Assembly (NCBI RefSeq): GCF_009914755.1
Contig: NC_060934.1
Origin: the human T2T-CHM13v2.0 reference genome, Homo sapiens
Strand: one strand, 5' to 3'
DNA: 64,000 nucleotides
Under the pieces are notes generated by a model. The model saw nothing but the letters and a program-made list of their open reading frames with translations, ran no database searches and was not told the origin of the DNA. Both the position numbers and the translations under genes were made by a program. Shown here piece after piece: positions 1 through 14,203 of this stretch (its first letter is position 1; each line of letters opens with the position of its first letter).

Positions 1-9
1 ACTTTTAGG

Positions 10-103
10 GGACTACCTTGCAGATGCAGGAAATAATAACAGTAATACACATTTACTGTCTGCATTGAGGAAAACTGGCCATAAACTATGCTATATCTAT
101 GAC
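10..103 (-). repeat. Inverted copy of 1005-1098 (~94 bp)
   Basis: Direct alignment by eye: about 5 mismatches over ~94 bp. Confidence 0.9.
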
Positions 104-262
104 CCACAAGGATAATAGCTGCATCTTAAAAGTCAACTGGCTTGGGACTTTAGCTACAACTGAAATCTCTTCACAGTATACCAGTATTAATGTTTAATTG
201 AATGGACGAAAGTCAGGTATTTGGGGGCTAGGAGGAGGGCATCTTTATAATTCTGCCTACCC
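104..262 (-). mobile_element. MaLR LTR 5' part (MLT1E/F-like), interrupted at ~103
   Basis: Reverse complement begins GGTAGGCAGAATTATAAAGATGCCC and continues ...CAGTTGACTTTTAAG...ATTATCCTTGTGGG, resembling the MLT1E/F start. Confidence 0.6.
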
Positions 263-287
263 TAGAAAGAGATAGACAATAGATTAA

Positions 288-326
288 ATGGATGGGTGGA
301 TGGATGGATAGATAGATGATAGATAC

Positions 327-368
<42 letters not shown>

Positions 369-384
369 GATAGATAGATAGATA
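288..384. repeat. Compound (GGAT)n/(AGAT)n tetranucleotide microsatellite
   Basis: Visible GATA array with GAT and GATAC interruptions. Confidence 0.95.
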
Positions 385-2157
385 CAAGATCATACATAGA
401 CTAGGACTGCCCAATGCTGCTAATTTTATCATTTTTTAAAAAGATATTTCGAGTGCCCTAGGCTTTAAGAGACATGAGACAAAAATGCATAATATTTTAA
501 ACAGATGAAGGTGGACAACTCAATGTATATTCCTGTTTGAACCAACTTTAACTTGTAAGAATACTGTCTAAGAAGTCTGAAACATGAGGTACTCCACCAG
601 AGTCTGTGGGGTAACAACAGGCAAAGAGAAAGGTCATGGGTTTGTGAGAAATCAGTCAGAAATGGTGCCACATGTGTCTGGCAATTATGTAATACAAAAT
701 ATTCCAATTTGCATGGGAGGTTGGGATCTCTAAAGAACCCTTAAACCTTCCAATGAGAAAGAGTTAGTATCTGGAAATCTTCCCAGTCAGAAGGCATGAC
801 AGACAAGAAATAATAGGAAAAAGCTTCAGCTATAATAAGTAAATTTTTGAAGTCCTGGTTTCCTTTCATCTATCCTCCCTTTCTGATCCTGACGGAATTA
901 GAAGTCATATAGTGAATAAGGAAGAAAGAAAAGCATTATATGTTCTGTAGGCTAGAATGGCATATATAACTTTAATGCTTGAGGAGATATTCTGAATCTT
1001 TAAAGTCAGAGATATGGCATAGTTTATGGCCAGTTTTCCTCAATGCAGACAGTAAATGTGTACTACTGTTATTATTTCCTGCACCTGCAAGATAGTCATC
1101 TAAACTTGAAAGGGAGAAGCAAAAGTCAACATATCCACACTTCTCTCATTCTTTTGACCTGCTTTAATTTTGGTAAGCTATGTGTTTTTGGGGGCTTTAT
1201 GGGTAACTATCAGATTAATTTGGATCTTGAAGGGTGATTTAAGCAAAATATTTAGAGTAGAAAATAATTATTGTTTAATAACAGAATAGCAATTATTGAG
1301 GGCTTAGACATGACTCAATCATATCATTTATTTTTTTTTCTTTGCCACTTCTAATCCAAATAACTTTGTAAATTTGGAAGAAAATAAATGCTACAAGACT
1401 AGATAGATAGATAGATAAAATACAAAAGCACTCAGGCTACAGAAATTACTAGAACAAATCACAATAATGTTGCTTTGGGCCATCTGCCAGATCAACCAAA
1501 CCATATTGTTATGGGGAGTAAACTCTGACATACTAATTGTTCTTGGTTGCTTTAGCATAGTTTTGATAAGCAAGTAAATTATAAGCCATATAAATTATAA
1601 TGCCAAATTCCTGACAACATATCCAGAGGTGATAATTTGAAGGAAAATAGACCTTTTGATCAAAAGGTCTATTAGACCTTATAAAGTAATTATTAGCTAT
1701 CCTTTGGAATCCGTTTATATTTGGACACATTGTTTATCATTGCATTTTGAAGAAAATGATTAGTCTGAAATGGTTTTCATGCAAGCTCATGACTTAATTG
1801 CAGTTTTATCTTAATTTCCCATTATAAAGAATGTGTTAATTTTAATTCCTAGAGATCTCACTTGCAGTATGAATAGAAGAGTAAGAACCTCATTTACAGA
1901 TATTACTCTTTAGTATAGTGGGATCAGCAGGTATCTGTGGGAGAAAATCCATAGAAAACATCTGAAATGGCATTGAAGTTTCTCAGTATCCTCAAATTGA
2001 ATTTTGAAAAGTATGTTTCCCTTTACCGTAAAATATTTACAGTCAATTTATTGGTTTATGTCTATTAATTATGTATAAATATATAATTATTTGTAAATAT
2101 GGTAGCAAATATGAGAATGCCTTCATTTTGTCTTACAGACTCAGAAATACTTTATAC

Positions 2158-3415
2158 TAAAGATTTAAAATCAGATCTGAAACTATAAAACTACTAAAGG
2201 AAAACATAAGGGAAACACTTCAGGACATGGGTCTGGGCAAAGGCTTTATGGATATGACTTCGAAAGCTCAGGAAAGAAAAGCAAAAATAGACACCTGGGA
2301 TTATATCAAACTAAAAAGCTTCTGCCAGCAAAAGAAACAATCAACAGATTGAAGAGACAGCCTGCAGAAACGGAGAATATGTTTGCAAACCATTCATTTG
2401 ACAAAGTTAATATCCAAAATATAGAAAGAACTAAAACAACTAAAAAGTAAAAAAAACAAATAATGTGATTAAAAAATGGGCAAATGATCTAAATAGATAT
2501 TTCTTAAGAAAGCATACAAATGGTCAAGAAGTATATGAAAGATGCTCAGCATCACTAATCATCAAGGAAATGCAAATCAAGCCACAATGAGATATTATCT
2601 CACTCCAGTTAAAATGGTTATTATTAAAAAAAATGAAAAATAACAAATGCTGGCAAGAATGAGGGGAAAAGGAAATTCTTAAATACTTTTGGTGGGAAGT
2701 TAAACTAGTAAAACTATTGTGAAACACAGTATGGAGTTTCCTCCAAAAACTAAAAATAGAGCTACTGTATGATCTAGTACCCCACTGCTGGGTATTTATC
2801 AAAAGGAAAGGAAGGAAACAAGTACGTCAAAGAGATATCTACTCCCATGTTTATTACAGCACTCTTCACACTAGTGAACAAATGTGCATCAGTGGATGAA
2901 TGGATAAAGAAAAACTTGTACATACACAGAGTGGAATACTATTCAGTCATAAAAAATGAAATTCTATCATTCATGGAAACATTGATTATCCTAGAAAAAC
3001 ATTATGTTAAGTGAAATAAATCACACATAGAAAGATTAATACTGCATGTTCTCATTCACATGTGGGAGCTAAGAAAATAGAGCCCATAGAAATAGAGTAG
3101 AAGTTACTAGAAATTGGGAAGGGAGGGAAGATAGGAAGAGGTTGGTTAATGGATACAAAATTGCAGCTAGATAATAAGAATAAATTCTAGTTTTCTATAT
3201 TACTGTAGGGTGACTGTAGTTGCCATTAGTTCCTTATATATTTTCAAATAGCTAAAGAAAAGACTTTGAATGACCCCAACGTTAAGAAATAATAAACTTT
3301 TGTGGTGAGAGATATCTTAGTTACCTTAACTTGATCATTACACATTGTATACATGAATTGAAATATTCTTCTGTACCTCATAAATATGTACAATAATTAT
3401 ACATGAATGAAAAAA
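2158..3415 (+). mobile_element. 5'-truncated old L1 (L1MA-type): ORF2 end plus 3'UTR
   Basis: Degenerate ORF2 3' sequence (AAACTAAAAAGCTTCTGC, GAAATGCAAATCAA) followed by an L1MA-type 3'UTR and an A-rich end. Confidence 0.9.
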
Positions 3416-6400
3416 TTGTTCAAAGCTATTATAAGAATCACTGGCTCTTTAAATTTATGTTGAGGCATCAGCCCATTTTATGCAACATGTAAACTCGCCT
3501 ACAGTAAAAAAATGCAATTTGGTTTTATAAAATATTTAAAGTCAACTTATTGGAATTATGTCTCTTCATGACCAAACAAATCAAAAGCATCCTGTACTTA
3601 AAAGGCATATTTTAAATCGCTTTGCCTTAATCACGCTGATGAAATTGAAACCACTGCAATTTAATTTATATTACTATTTGAAAATAATTTCACTAGAAAA
3701 ATTCACCATATCAAGATTAGGAATATCATTTTGAATTGAAATATTCAAGACTGGCACAAGTAGAAAAGAGGTCAAATTAAGTCATGCAGCCTAGAGGAAA
3801 GAACTTAATGTCAGTAGCCAGGATACTTGGAACTTCAGCCTCTGCTAAGCTAGGGAGTTGTAATTTATGTGCCTCATTTTCCTCATCTCCAAGACAGGAA
3901 AACCAGTTCTCCTGATCTTCCTCACAGGATGGTTTGAAATATCCCTTTAGATCACAGAATAGCATGAGTAAATGCTCACAATACAATCCTAAGTAAAAAG
4001 GGTGAAATATAACATTATACACACAATATCATTCCAATTATATAAAGAGAAATGGACACATGCACCTGTACAAACACATATGTATAGCTAAGAGACAAGA
4101 CAGAAATATTACAATGATTATCTCTGGGTGATAGATTGTGACTGACTTTTTTTCTCTTTACAGGGTTAAGAGAATCCAATATTTGGAAATAAGGCAATTG
4201 AGCAGGAGATCATAATCTTTCAATGTCGTATGCAGACATTGTTTAACAGATTCTGCCAAACATTTTTCACTTTATTTGTCATTTGAGTAGATCTCAGTTT
4301 AGTTGGTAGTAAAAATGATAGCCCCCAAAATTGTGGTATTGCCTTCTGGAGCACAAATCAGGTTTTTATCAAACCTGCCAGTTTTATTCTAACATTCTTT
4401 CTATTTATTCCTATAAATATCCCGTTCCTCAAATGTTCTTGGAATCAGCTTTATCATCTTACTGGTTCTTTTACTAATCAGTTAAATAAAACGTTGACAC
4501 GTGTTCATTTTATAGTTGTATGAGTCATACTTTGAAAAGTATACTTTGGCAGAGCCTTTCAATATTTTCTAAATTCTCATTGTGCCTTCAATAAATCATA
4601 TTTTTAAATTTTGGATCACTGCTGGCATTGTATTTTGAAAACTTAAAAGCATTATATTAAGTGAAACATATTAACATAATGCAGAGGAGGTAATAAGTGG
4701 TAATAAAAATGAATTAATGTGTCTCTGAATATACCATCACTGCCAAATACTAACTGTGACCTAGGGAAAAAATAATAACAAAAACTTCTTTACTGCTCTA
4801 GGATTCAGTTTTCTCTTCTCTAAATTAATAACAATTATACTATTATCACAAATTTCTATATTTATCAAAATATTAACCAGCCCAGTGATAGCTCCCTAAA
4901 TCTTGTTTCTTTCAGGTGGTTACTTTTTCAGGTCCTCATAGTACTCAATTTCCAAGCCATTTTAATACAGATATTCCAGGTTCAGCTTATATTAAATATA
5001 ATAAAACATGGATACTTTCATTCCCTCTATTAGTCCTTGCCAAATTGATGGGCAAACCCCCGTCCTCTATATTTCAAAAAGAAATCTCTGAGAGAAATTT
5101 CAATGTGGTATTCATAAACCCTTCAACATATAATTTGGGTCAACTCCTAATTCACTAAAGGGGTGTCCACGAGGGAAGTAAAATAATTAGATACTCAAGG
5201 ATACATTAAAACATGGTCCTGATGGACAGGTAACCAGAATTTGACAGTAGTTGTTACAACAGAACTGAGAGGAAAATAGATAAGTAAATTATTTAACAAA
5301 CCAAAGCCTTCTAAATTAGTGGGCACCAAACACACTTAGTCACTGTAATCACACTGGACCCACACAGACTTACTAAATTAGCACCTATGAGGATAGTGTC
5401 AAATAGAAGTAGTCTCTATCTACTTCCATATCTTATCTGTATTTGTAATAGTTCTGCAATAAGCCTAATTATCAGCCTGGTACTTTAATTAATCAATCAC
5501 TGCAAGAGTGTAACAATGTATTATAGTCCCCAGATTAAAATGGCAGACTATTTCACTCATTCATTCAACAGATATACTTACTTTGTGTCAGGCTTTCTGT
5601 CATGATTATGTTATTCCACTCAACTTTGAAGATTTTCTGTCATAATCATTGGAGGACTCTAACCATTCTAAACAGACAGTTTGAATTATTCTAAAACAAA
5701 TGGTGCTCAGTGCACCAATTAAGACAAGAGCAATGTCTGTTGTCTTCCAAACATAGTATTTAACAACAACCTAACATTCCTGAATAACTGTCAATAATCT
5801 TATCAAGGTACCTTGAGAAAATCAGGCTGTTATTCTTAAGATAATTCAACTACTGATATTCATTATTATCACTACATTAAGACAGACTGCCTTCTAGGTG
5901 GAAGTAGTTACCTTCTTAGATTTGTATCTTTCTTCAGACCTAGTTCATTTTTACACTTTCTCTGTCAAACGAAAGAAAATTATCTATTAAGTGAACAGAA
6001 CGTGACAAGCTTTTTCAAAACTTGTTTTTATCTATGGCTCAATTAAAATGATCTTCTGGATTAAAAGGCAAATCCCAGTAAACCAGCCTGAGTTTCCTTT
6101 TCCCCTTATCAAACTAGATTATAAAACTTTTGAGAGCTACCTATTTTTGTTTCTCCTTATTCATACCTCACTGTTGCCAAGACTGTAGTATACTCATAAC
6201 TTCTTGTTGACTTGGCATAATGCAATGTCCCATTTTGCATGTCTTAGCTATGTTGTCAGACATCTTAGTTTTTCTGAAATAACCAACTTATTAAGCAAAA
6301 GATTTGGATTAGTTTGCTCTAAGAGCTTCTCTAAAAAAATGATTGAAACCATGCTTTAGGGAAAGAGAATGAGAGACAGAGAGTGATAGTAAGAGAAGAG

Positions 6401-7499
6401 AAAAGAAGAGAGAATCGTTGTAGACAAAAATCAATTACATTTACTTCCACTGCACAAAACTTGCTCACTTTAGTCTTCTCAAAATGTTTCAAAATTCCTT
6501 GATTTTGTGCTTACACCCTCCTGTGCAGGTTTACATTTTTACTTAGAATAAAATTCCTGAGTAAGAGATACATTATATTTCAGCAAAACATCTTTGCCAA
6601 ATGGCAAAAAAAAAAAATGGAAAGAAATTAAAATTCTGTCATTGGGTCAATAATGAAGTTTGAACAGGTTGATGAAACAACATAAAACGCCAATGTAATT
6701 TTGTGGGCAAGAATAAATGAATATTCAGGGTCTTTGGCAAAATTCAATGAATCATCAATTTAGTTAAACGTTTCACAACTCTTTCTAGTTTTATTTAATA
6801 CATTTGCAGGAAGTAGTGATTATAGAGAGAGCAAAAAAAGCAGAAAACAGAGCTGTTCTCTCATTTTTTCTTGATCAGCTTAATCTTCTAATACCATAGG
6901 ATTATAAAGTAGCAGAGCACAAAGACTGGAAAGCCAGCAAAAGCTGGGCACTACACATTACTGAATCCACAGAAATGTAGTGCATCGAGTATTCTTGTAA
7001 CAAAGACACTAGTAGCAGAATTTTTAAATTGCTCATTTAATCTAAATATACATTTTAAAAATAAGTACTTTCTTTGGTACACATAACTAAGGAACAAATG
7101 AATTTTATATTTGTTTTGCTTTACAGTTTATGAAGTATTTTTAGCTGTAGTATTTCATTTGGGCCTCATAACAAATTTGTGTTTCAAGACAAGGCTTACC
7201 ATCTTCATCTGACAAATAGAGAAATGGATGTTCACAGTAATTTAATAGTCAAAGTTGGATTGTAACTTATATCTTCCAACACCCAGTCTCATGAAATTTC
7301 TAAGAGTTTTCATCTATTTATTATTTTTTAATCTAAAAAAATAGACTGCTCATTAAGATTTTTTAAATCTATGCACTTCATCACACATGATGAACATGTC
7401 TATCAAGGTTTGAAAACACTTTCAGTACAAAATAACAAATTTGGGTGGAAGAAGAAGTAAATACATCTCGAAGAATTTAACTTTTGTGTTCTTACATAA

Positions 7500-7747
7500 A
7501 GTTTTTATTGAAACTTATTACATATATTATATATACGTTAATATGCAGAAAAGTACTCAATTTTTACATCTACAGCTCGTGTATTTCACAAAGTGAATAC
7601 AACACCCAGATTCAGACTCAGACCATTACCAGCAGATCAGCAACCTTCCCCTTACCGTTTTCTAGTCACTGCATCCCCAAGGATAATCACTATCCTGACT
7701 TCTATTACCGTAAACTAGACTTAGAACTTTATATAAATGGAAGTATG
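7500..7747 (-). mobile_element. Ancient L1 (L1MD/ME-like) 3' end fragment
   Basis: TTTTATTGA...ACTATCCTGACTTCTA...TATATAAATGGAA pattern typical of antisense old L1 3' ends. Confidence 0.6.
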
Positions 7748-8055
7748 AAAGTTATTTGTATACAGTTTCTAAATCTGTACTCTTCAATATACCTCAAAAG
7801 CATTATTTCTTCTAAAAGTAATCCTGTTTATTAACTATATTCTATATACCCAATATTGACTTTTATGTAAGATTTGTCTAGAATTTTCTAAATTCTAGAA
7901 AAAGTCTTTGTCTGCCAAGCTTAATTTATATTGTTCCATAAAGATGAGACATTGTCCTGCATGTTTCTCGCCCCTTTACCTTGTGTCTATAGAACCAGTA
8001 CACCATCTGCTCAAACTAGGGCAGCCTGAAGTTTAGACATTCGACTCTGCTCCCC

Positions 8056-8229
8056 ATGTCAACCCTGTACCCATTCATCAGGCCCTTTTAATTATCTTCT
8101 TTGCATATTACTTCTTATGTCAACCCTGTACTCATTCATCAGGCCCTTTTAATTATCTTCTTTAAGTATTACTTCTCATGTCAACCTTTCCCCATTCATC
8201 AGGTCCTTTAATTATCTTCTTTAAGTATT
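8056..8229. repeat. Tandem repeat, ~61-bp unit x ~2.9
   Basis: Units start at 8056, 8117 and 8178 (ATGTCAACCC...CATTCATCAGG...TTTAATTATCTTCTTT). Confidence 0.95.
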
Positions 8230-8910
8230 TTCCCTTTGAGAAACCAGTATTTATTTAACAAGGAATTTTTATGCCTTAGTCATAAGATATTAATAATGTG
8301 GATATTTTCAACAATATACTAGGTAAAAAAGAAAAATGGATTAAAGAAAGAAGAATTTCAGCAGCTACTGATTTGTACCTTAAGGGTGGATTTTTCAGAT
8401 TTCTCATTCTACCCTGAAAGTTGTTATCAAGGGATCAGAAATGAGAATAACTTCCATTAGCCTTACATATTGGTTGATTGGTCACCTATTGAATAATGTT
8501 GCAAAAGCCTAGATCATAACCAAAAAGCATTCAATCATCTTGCGGTGTTTTAAAAACTGTCATTATATTCAGTTGTTTTACTGGCCTCAAACATGCTAAG
8601 GTCTCAGGACACAGACCATCTGCGAGACTGGAACAGTGTCAAACAGGGAGTATTATAATTTAAGTTAACATTAAGGTTTTTGTTTTAACAGTTATCTCCC
8701 TCCTAAGAGACAGCACTCATAATAAAAGAATATAGAGCTGTAAACCAGTAAACATAAGTTTGAATTCTGGGTCCAGCAATTTCTATGTGGAAGCATCATG
8801 ATTTTACCAATCCCACTTTTTATAAATGTCAATTGTCAGTAATGGATACAAATCTTGTCTATTTTATTTGAGTTCATATCTTGTACTTCTTTTCTATGCT
8901 CACAGGTTTG

Positions 8911-8913
<3 letters not shown>

Positions 8914-8958
<45 letters not shown>
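8914..8958. repeat. (AT)n microsatellite
   Basis: Pure AT run of ~22 units. Confidence 0.97.
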
Positions 8959-8962
<4 letters not shown>

Positions 8963-10189
8963 TTATGAATATTTATTAATAATGAAATTACCATATCCTA
9001 AAGAGGACAATTTGAAGAATAAATTCAAATTCAGGCAGTATGTATACAATATTTTTTTCACAGAAGCAGTTACACAAAATTTTCTGAAAACATTTCACAA
9101 CAATTGAATTAGACACATGAGTGATACTAAAAGTCTCAGTATTGCATTGGGAAAAAGAGAAGTAGTTGGCCATGTAGGTCTTTGCAATGTCTCAGTGAAA
9201 TAACTCAGATGAGGTAAATGAAATAACAAAAAAAAAATTGTTTTTATTTCTATTCCACCAGTCTATCTTTTACTGGATAATACAGGAAGCATATGTGAGT
9301 AAATAAAATTCAACACCTAGACTAAAACAATAATTGCTGGTAAAAATTCCTCACATTGTACCAAAATTCTAACAGAATACATTTCTTCCAAGCTTATATC
9401 ATTTGCATCTGCAAATGCAAATGAACATCTATGAAGTTGGTGTTGAAGTTATTTTACACCAACATTTAAATGACCATAGATGTTTGACTAAGAATTTAAC
9501 TATTATCTTCAAAAATATTTTCAAGAATTGCCATGCAAAGGCAAAATAAAATTCAAACACCATATGCAATAGGTCAGTATATATTGTTTATATACACAGT
9601 TTTAAAGCCTGAAATCAGATTTATACCGAAATTCTTATTTAAAAAAAAAGTTGGGTATGTGTTCATGTTTGGAGGTCTGATGACATGCAGAAAACTGTAA
9701 AGGAAATTACATCAAGGAAAAAACGTGTAAATCTAGAGTACAGCACAGTGTCATCTGTAAAAAGCTTCATAACGGGACAGAGGATTAAGTAGCATTTTAT
9801 TTCACAAAGAACACATCAGGTAGAGTAAAACCCCTAAACTAACTGTGCCCAAGGAAGAGCTGTCCAAGTCCTTGGTGCTGAGCGTTTCTATATTTCAAAC
9901 TGCAATTTAAACTTTCCTAATGAAAATCTTTCTTATGTAGACTCACATTTTCAGTATTCTTAAGGAATCATAAATAGAATTTTAACTATTTTGATGACTT
10001 GGGATTATTTGGGGTACACTTCATGCAATATTCTTAGTAGCTCTTACTTCTGGATTACTGGGGTTTTGTATATTCTCTATTTTTTTCTTACTTTTTGACC
10101 TTTTCTTTCTCTCAGATATAACTTCTTGCTGCTGTTTTGTATCTAAATATCACCATCTTCTAATCTTCTGCTTCTAGAGAATTAGCATG

Positions 10190-10735
<546 letters not shown>

Positions 10736-12302
10736 GATTATGCTTCCTCCTCTAATCTGCAATGATTTAAAGAGCCATGTAATGAGGTGTGTCAAATTGA
10801 TATTGCAGTGAATATTTTCTAGGCTTCTTGGTGTCCAAGTGCATAACCCCCTATTTGATCTTCATTCTCACCTTATGTATATGTCTCCTGATATGGAGTC
10901 TGAGCACGCAAGAAACATGTTAGCGGTGCAAGTTACACTGTCTGTTTGGGGGTATTAGGATATGCTCACTAATCCACTTATTAGCAAAAATCCTTAAGAC
11001 TTTTTTATAATTAGCATGCCAATCTAAGAGGTCAGTGTCACCAAAAAACAGGGATATGGATAAATAATACACTATTTTTTTTCCTAGCCACTAGCAATTT
11101 CTTTGTTACTTTACTATGTTGTTAACACTTCGATTTTTTTTTTTTAAAAAGGAAAGTAAAATTTCTAATCAGGTGTTTTCTTAACAGCTATCATAATAGC
11201 CTGGAGAAAATTTAGATTTAAATTCATAATTAAATTTTAGGGATATATATGTATGTGTATTTAATATTTTAGCATATTTTACTACAAAAATTTTTCTTAT
11301 GTTAGAATTGGCAGTATTAGAATAATTAGGAAATAACCTATCCTTGACTGTGACAATTCATTTCCCTAGTACTGGACTAATCCACATAAAGCCTGCAGCC
11401 CAGTTTTTATCTAACCATAGAAATCAACTGAAACTTTTACCAAAATTATGCATATCCCTATGCCTTACTTAGCAGATTCTGTTTCAGTAGTGTATAAAAC
11501 TAGTATATAAACTAAGATTCTCTTTAAAAAGACTTAAAGTACAGTGGTTCATAAAAAGAGAATTTATAATAATGCATTTGGTTAGTGAGAAGTGTATAAT
11601 ACATAAGCAGTTCTGCTTCACAGTTTTCTAGAGACTCAGGTTAGCAAATCAAGTCTTCTTTTCCAAGAGGGCTGTTCCCATTGTTACCATTCCCAGTTGT
11701 GGTGAAGAAGAAAGTCCATGACAAGAGTGACTGTCTAAAAAGACAAGAGTGATTGCCTAAAAGAGTAATCACGGATCTAGCGAGGAGTCTGCTTAGTACA
11801 TTGCCAAACATTATGAAGAAAAGAATCAATGAGGGAGAGTCATTTTTTAATTTAATAAATAGGGCTGGATTCTTGAATATTTAAATCCATTCTTAGGCAA
11901 GTTTGAAAATTTTAGGAAGAACGGGGGAAAATATGCTTAGGCACCAGAAAGATCCATTTTCAAAATATGGCTCTGGCCTTCAAATTCTATGTTAGTTTAA
12001 GCAAGGCCACATCTCTCTGTTTTATATTACATATTTTTCATGATGCAGGAGCAATGATTAATATAATTGACACACTGCAGGTACATATAATATAGAAAGC
12101 AAAAGTCCTACAATCCTTGCATAATATAACCACTGCTAATGGTTTCGGTAGCCTTCCTTCATATTTTATATTACTTTCTAAATACATACCAACATATTAT
12201 TATTGAGTTTTATTTTACAAAAATTTCACTTTCAGCAAGTTAAAAACCACCAAACCATAGAACCAATTCTTACATGGTGAAAAAGGTCTAAATAAACATG
12301 TG

Positions 12303-12579
12303 GGTCAGGTGCAGTGGCTCACACCTGTAATCCCAGCATTTTAGGAGGCTGAAGTGGGAGAGTCGCTTGAGCCCATGAGTCTGAGACTAGCCTAGGCAAC
12401 ACAGGGAGATACAATCTCTATGAAAAATTAAATAATTAGCCAGACATGTTGGTACATGCCTGTAGTTCCAGCTATTTGGGAGGCTGGGGCAGGAAGATTG
12501 CTTAACCCCATGAGTCCTAGGCTGTTGTAAGCTATGATCACACCACTGCACTCCAGCCTAGATGAAAGAGAGAAAAAAA
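12303..12579 (+). mobile_element. AluJ
   Basis: Dimeric Alu, heavily CpG-decayed, with J-type GCTTGAGCCC and GGCAACA. Confidence 0.9.
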
Positions 12580-12939
12580 GTTCAAATATGTTTTGTTTAT
12601 AAATATATCTGTTATAATATGTGAAATATTATTCCAAATTGAATAAATAAAATTATTTCAAATTCCAACTTATTCCAATTGGAAGAAATTTTGGAAAAAT
12701 TTAAAGAAGTTAAAAGAAATGAAGACTACACATACACTTTGAAATAGAAGTATTGTTAAGACATATTAAGCTAACAAAAAAGCAGATTACAGAGTGATAT
12801 AAACAATATCATTGCTATTCTTAATGTAAGAACATTCACCATAAATAATCATATATTTAGTGGGAATATACATATTTTTTACTTTGTCTTTGCACACCCA
12901 TCACATTTTGGGCAACTAGAACTCAAAAATCCCCGAAGG

Positions 12940-12942
<3 letters not shown>

Positions 12943-12982
<40 letters not shown>
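12943..12982. repeat. (TG)20 microsatellite
   Basis: Pure TG run. Confidence 0.97.
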
Positions 12983-12984
<2 letters not shown>

Positions 12985-13833
12985 TTTTCCTTTTCTGGTA
13001 AAATATAAATATTAAACGTATTTTTACAGTTTCTTTGAACATGATTCTTCTTGTAATAAAGTAGTCATAAATATGGAAGTGATTTTCCTACATGCTACAT
13101 TGTCCAGCCAATAAATATACTTACAAAATAACGTGGAGAATAAATAGAAAAAAAAATAAAGTTATTACCTGCTTTCCATTACTTTCAAAGACCATTTTTT
13201 TCTGACTATATGCCTAACACAGAAAGACATTTTAACACAGTGACTCACACAGTGACGCCCATTTATAAAGGCAATTGAATCCACTTCTTGAAAATTACTC
13301 AAATATTCTGCTAAGTGTATATTTGTTGGTGAAAATAAATGGGAATTGGCAACCTCTCTAAAAATTCAATCATGATGACTATCATACTTCTACACTTTAT
13401 TATTCTCCCCACACTCGCATTCACAAATTAAGTGATTCAGTTCAATTTGACAATATCTGAATTTTTGTGCGCTGTTTGCAATGTACTCCCTAGTCACTGA
13501 AGAGAAGTCAAAGATAAAGTGAGTTATGTGTCAAGGAGTACCTGGATCATCTCAGTACTGGGATGAGAGAAAAATACAAGGCAGAGCAAGAATACCGCAT
13601 CAAAGGAATTCTGTGTAAATTACCATTCTCAGGATGTAGAGCTCTGCTCTGTATCATGTCACTGTCAGAACCTTGAATTGTTCTATAAAGGAGATGGCAT
13701 TTGTGTCTTAAGATTATCTGACAGGAGAATACAGGCCAGGCTAGAGACAGAAAGTATAGAGACTGGTGTTAGGGCCTTGAAATATGCTTACATGCATTTT
13801 CTCATTTAATGCCTTTACTATTTTTTAAGGTAA

Positions 13834-14203
13834 TATATTAGTTTGCTACAGTTGCCTTAAGAAAGTACCACAGACTGGGTGACTTAATAAAAGTTTATTT
13901 TCTCACACCTCTGGAGGCTAGAAGCCTGAGATTAAGGTGTCAGCAGGGTTGGTTTCTTCTAAAGGCTCTCTTTAGCTTGCATGTGACCGTCTTCCTCCAG
14001 TGTCTTCATATGATCTTTAAGCGTATCTGTATTCTAATCCCCTCTTCTTATGTGGACACCAGTCAGATTGGACTAGAACCCACCCATATGACCACATTTT
14101 GCCTTAATTACCTCACTAAAATTATATCTCCAATATATTCTGACGTGCTAAGGGTTAAGACTTCAACATATAAATCTGAGGAGGACACAATTCACCCCAT
14201 AAC
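13834..14203 (-). mobile_element. MLT1A-type solo LTR, inserted in a MIR-like remnant
   Basis: TATTAGTTTGCT...AAAGTACCACAGACTGGGTGACTTAA...GACACAATTCACCCCATAAC. Confidence 0.85.

Noticed and set aside
7877-7899. Perfect 10-bp hairpin TCTAGAATTT-tct-AAATTCTAGA
   Set aside because: Short and AT-rich; plausible by chance in 64 kb
8056-8229. Tandem repeat as a CRISPR-like array
   Set aside because: Units are contiguous with no unique spacers
11719-11764. 22-bp tandem duplication (GACAAGAGTGA..), similar to the 12-bp duplication at 32279-32303
   Set aside because: Ordinary slippage duplications with no sign of function
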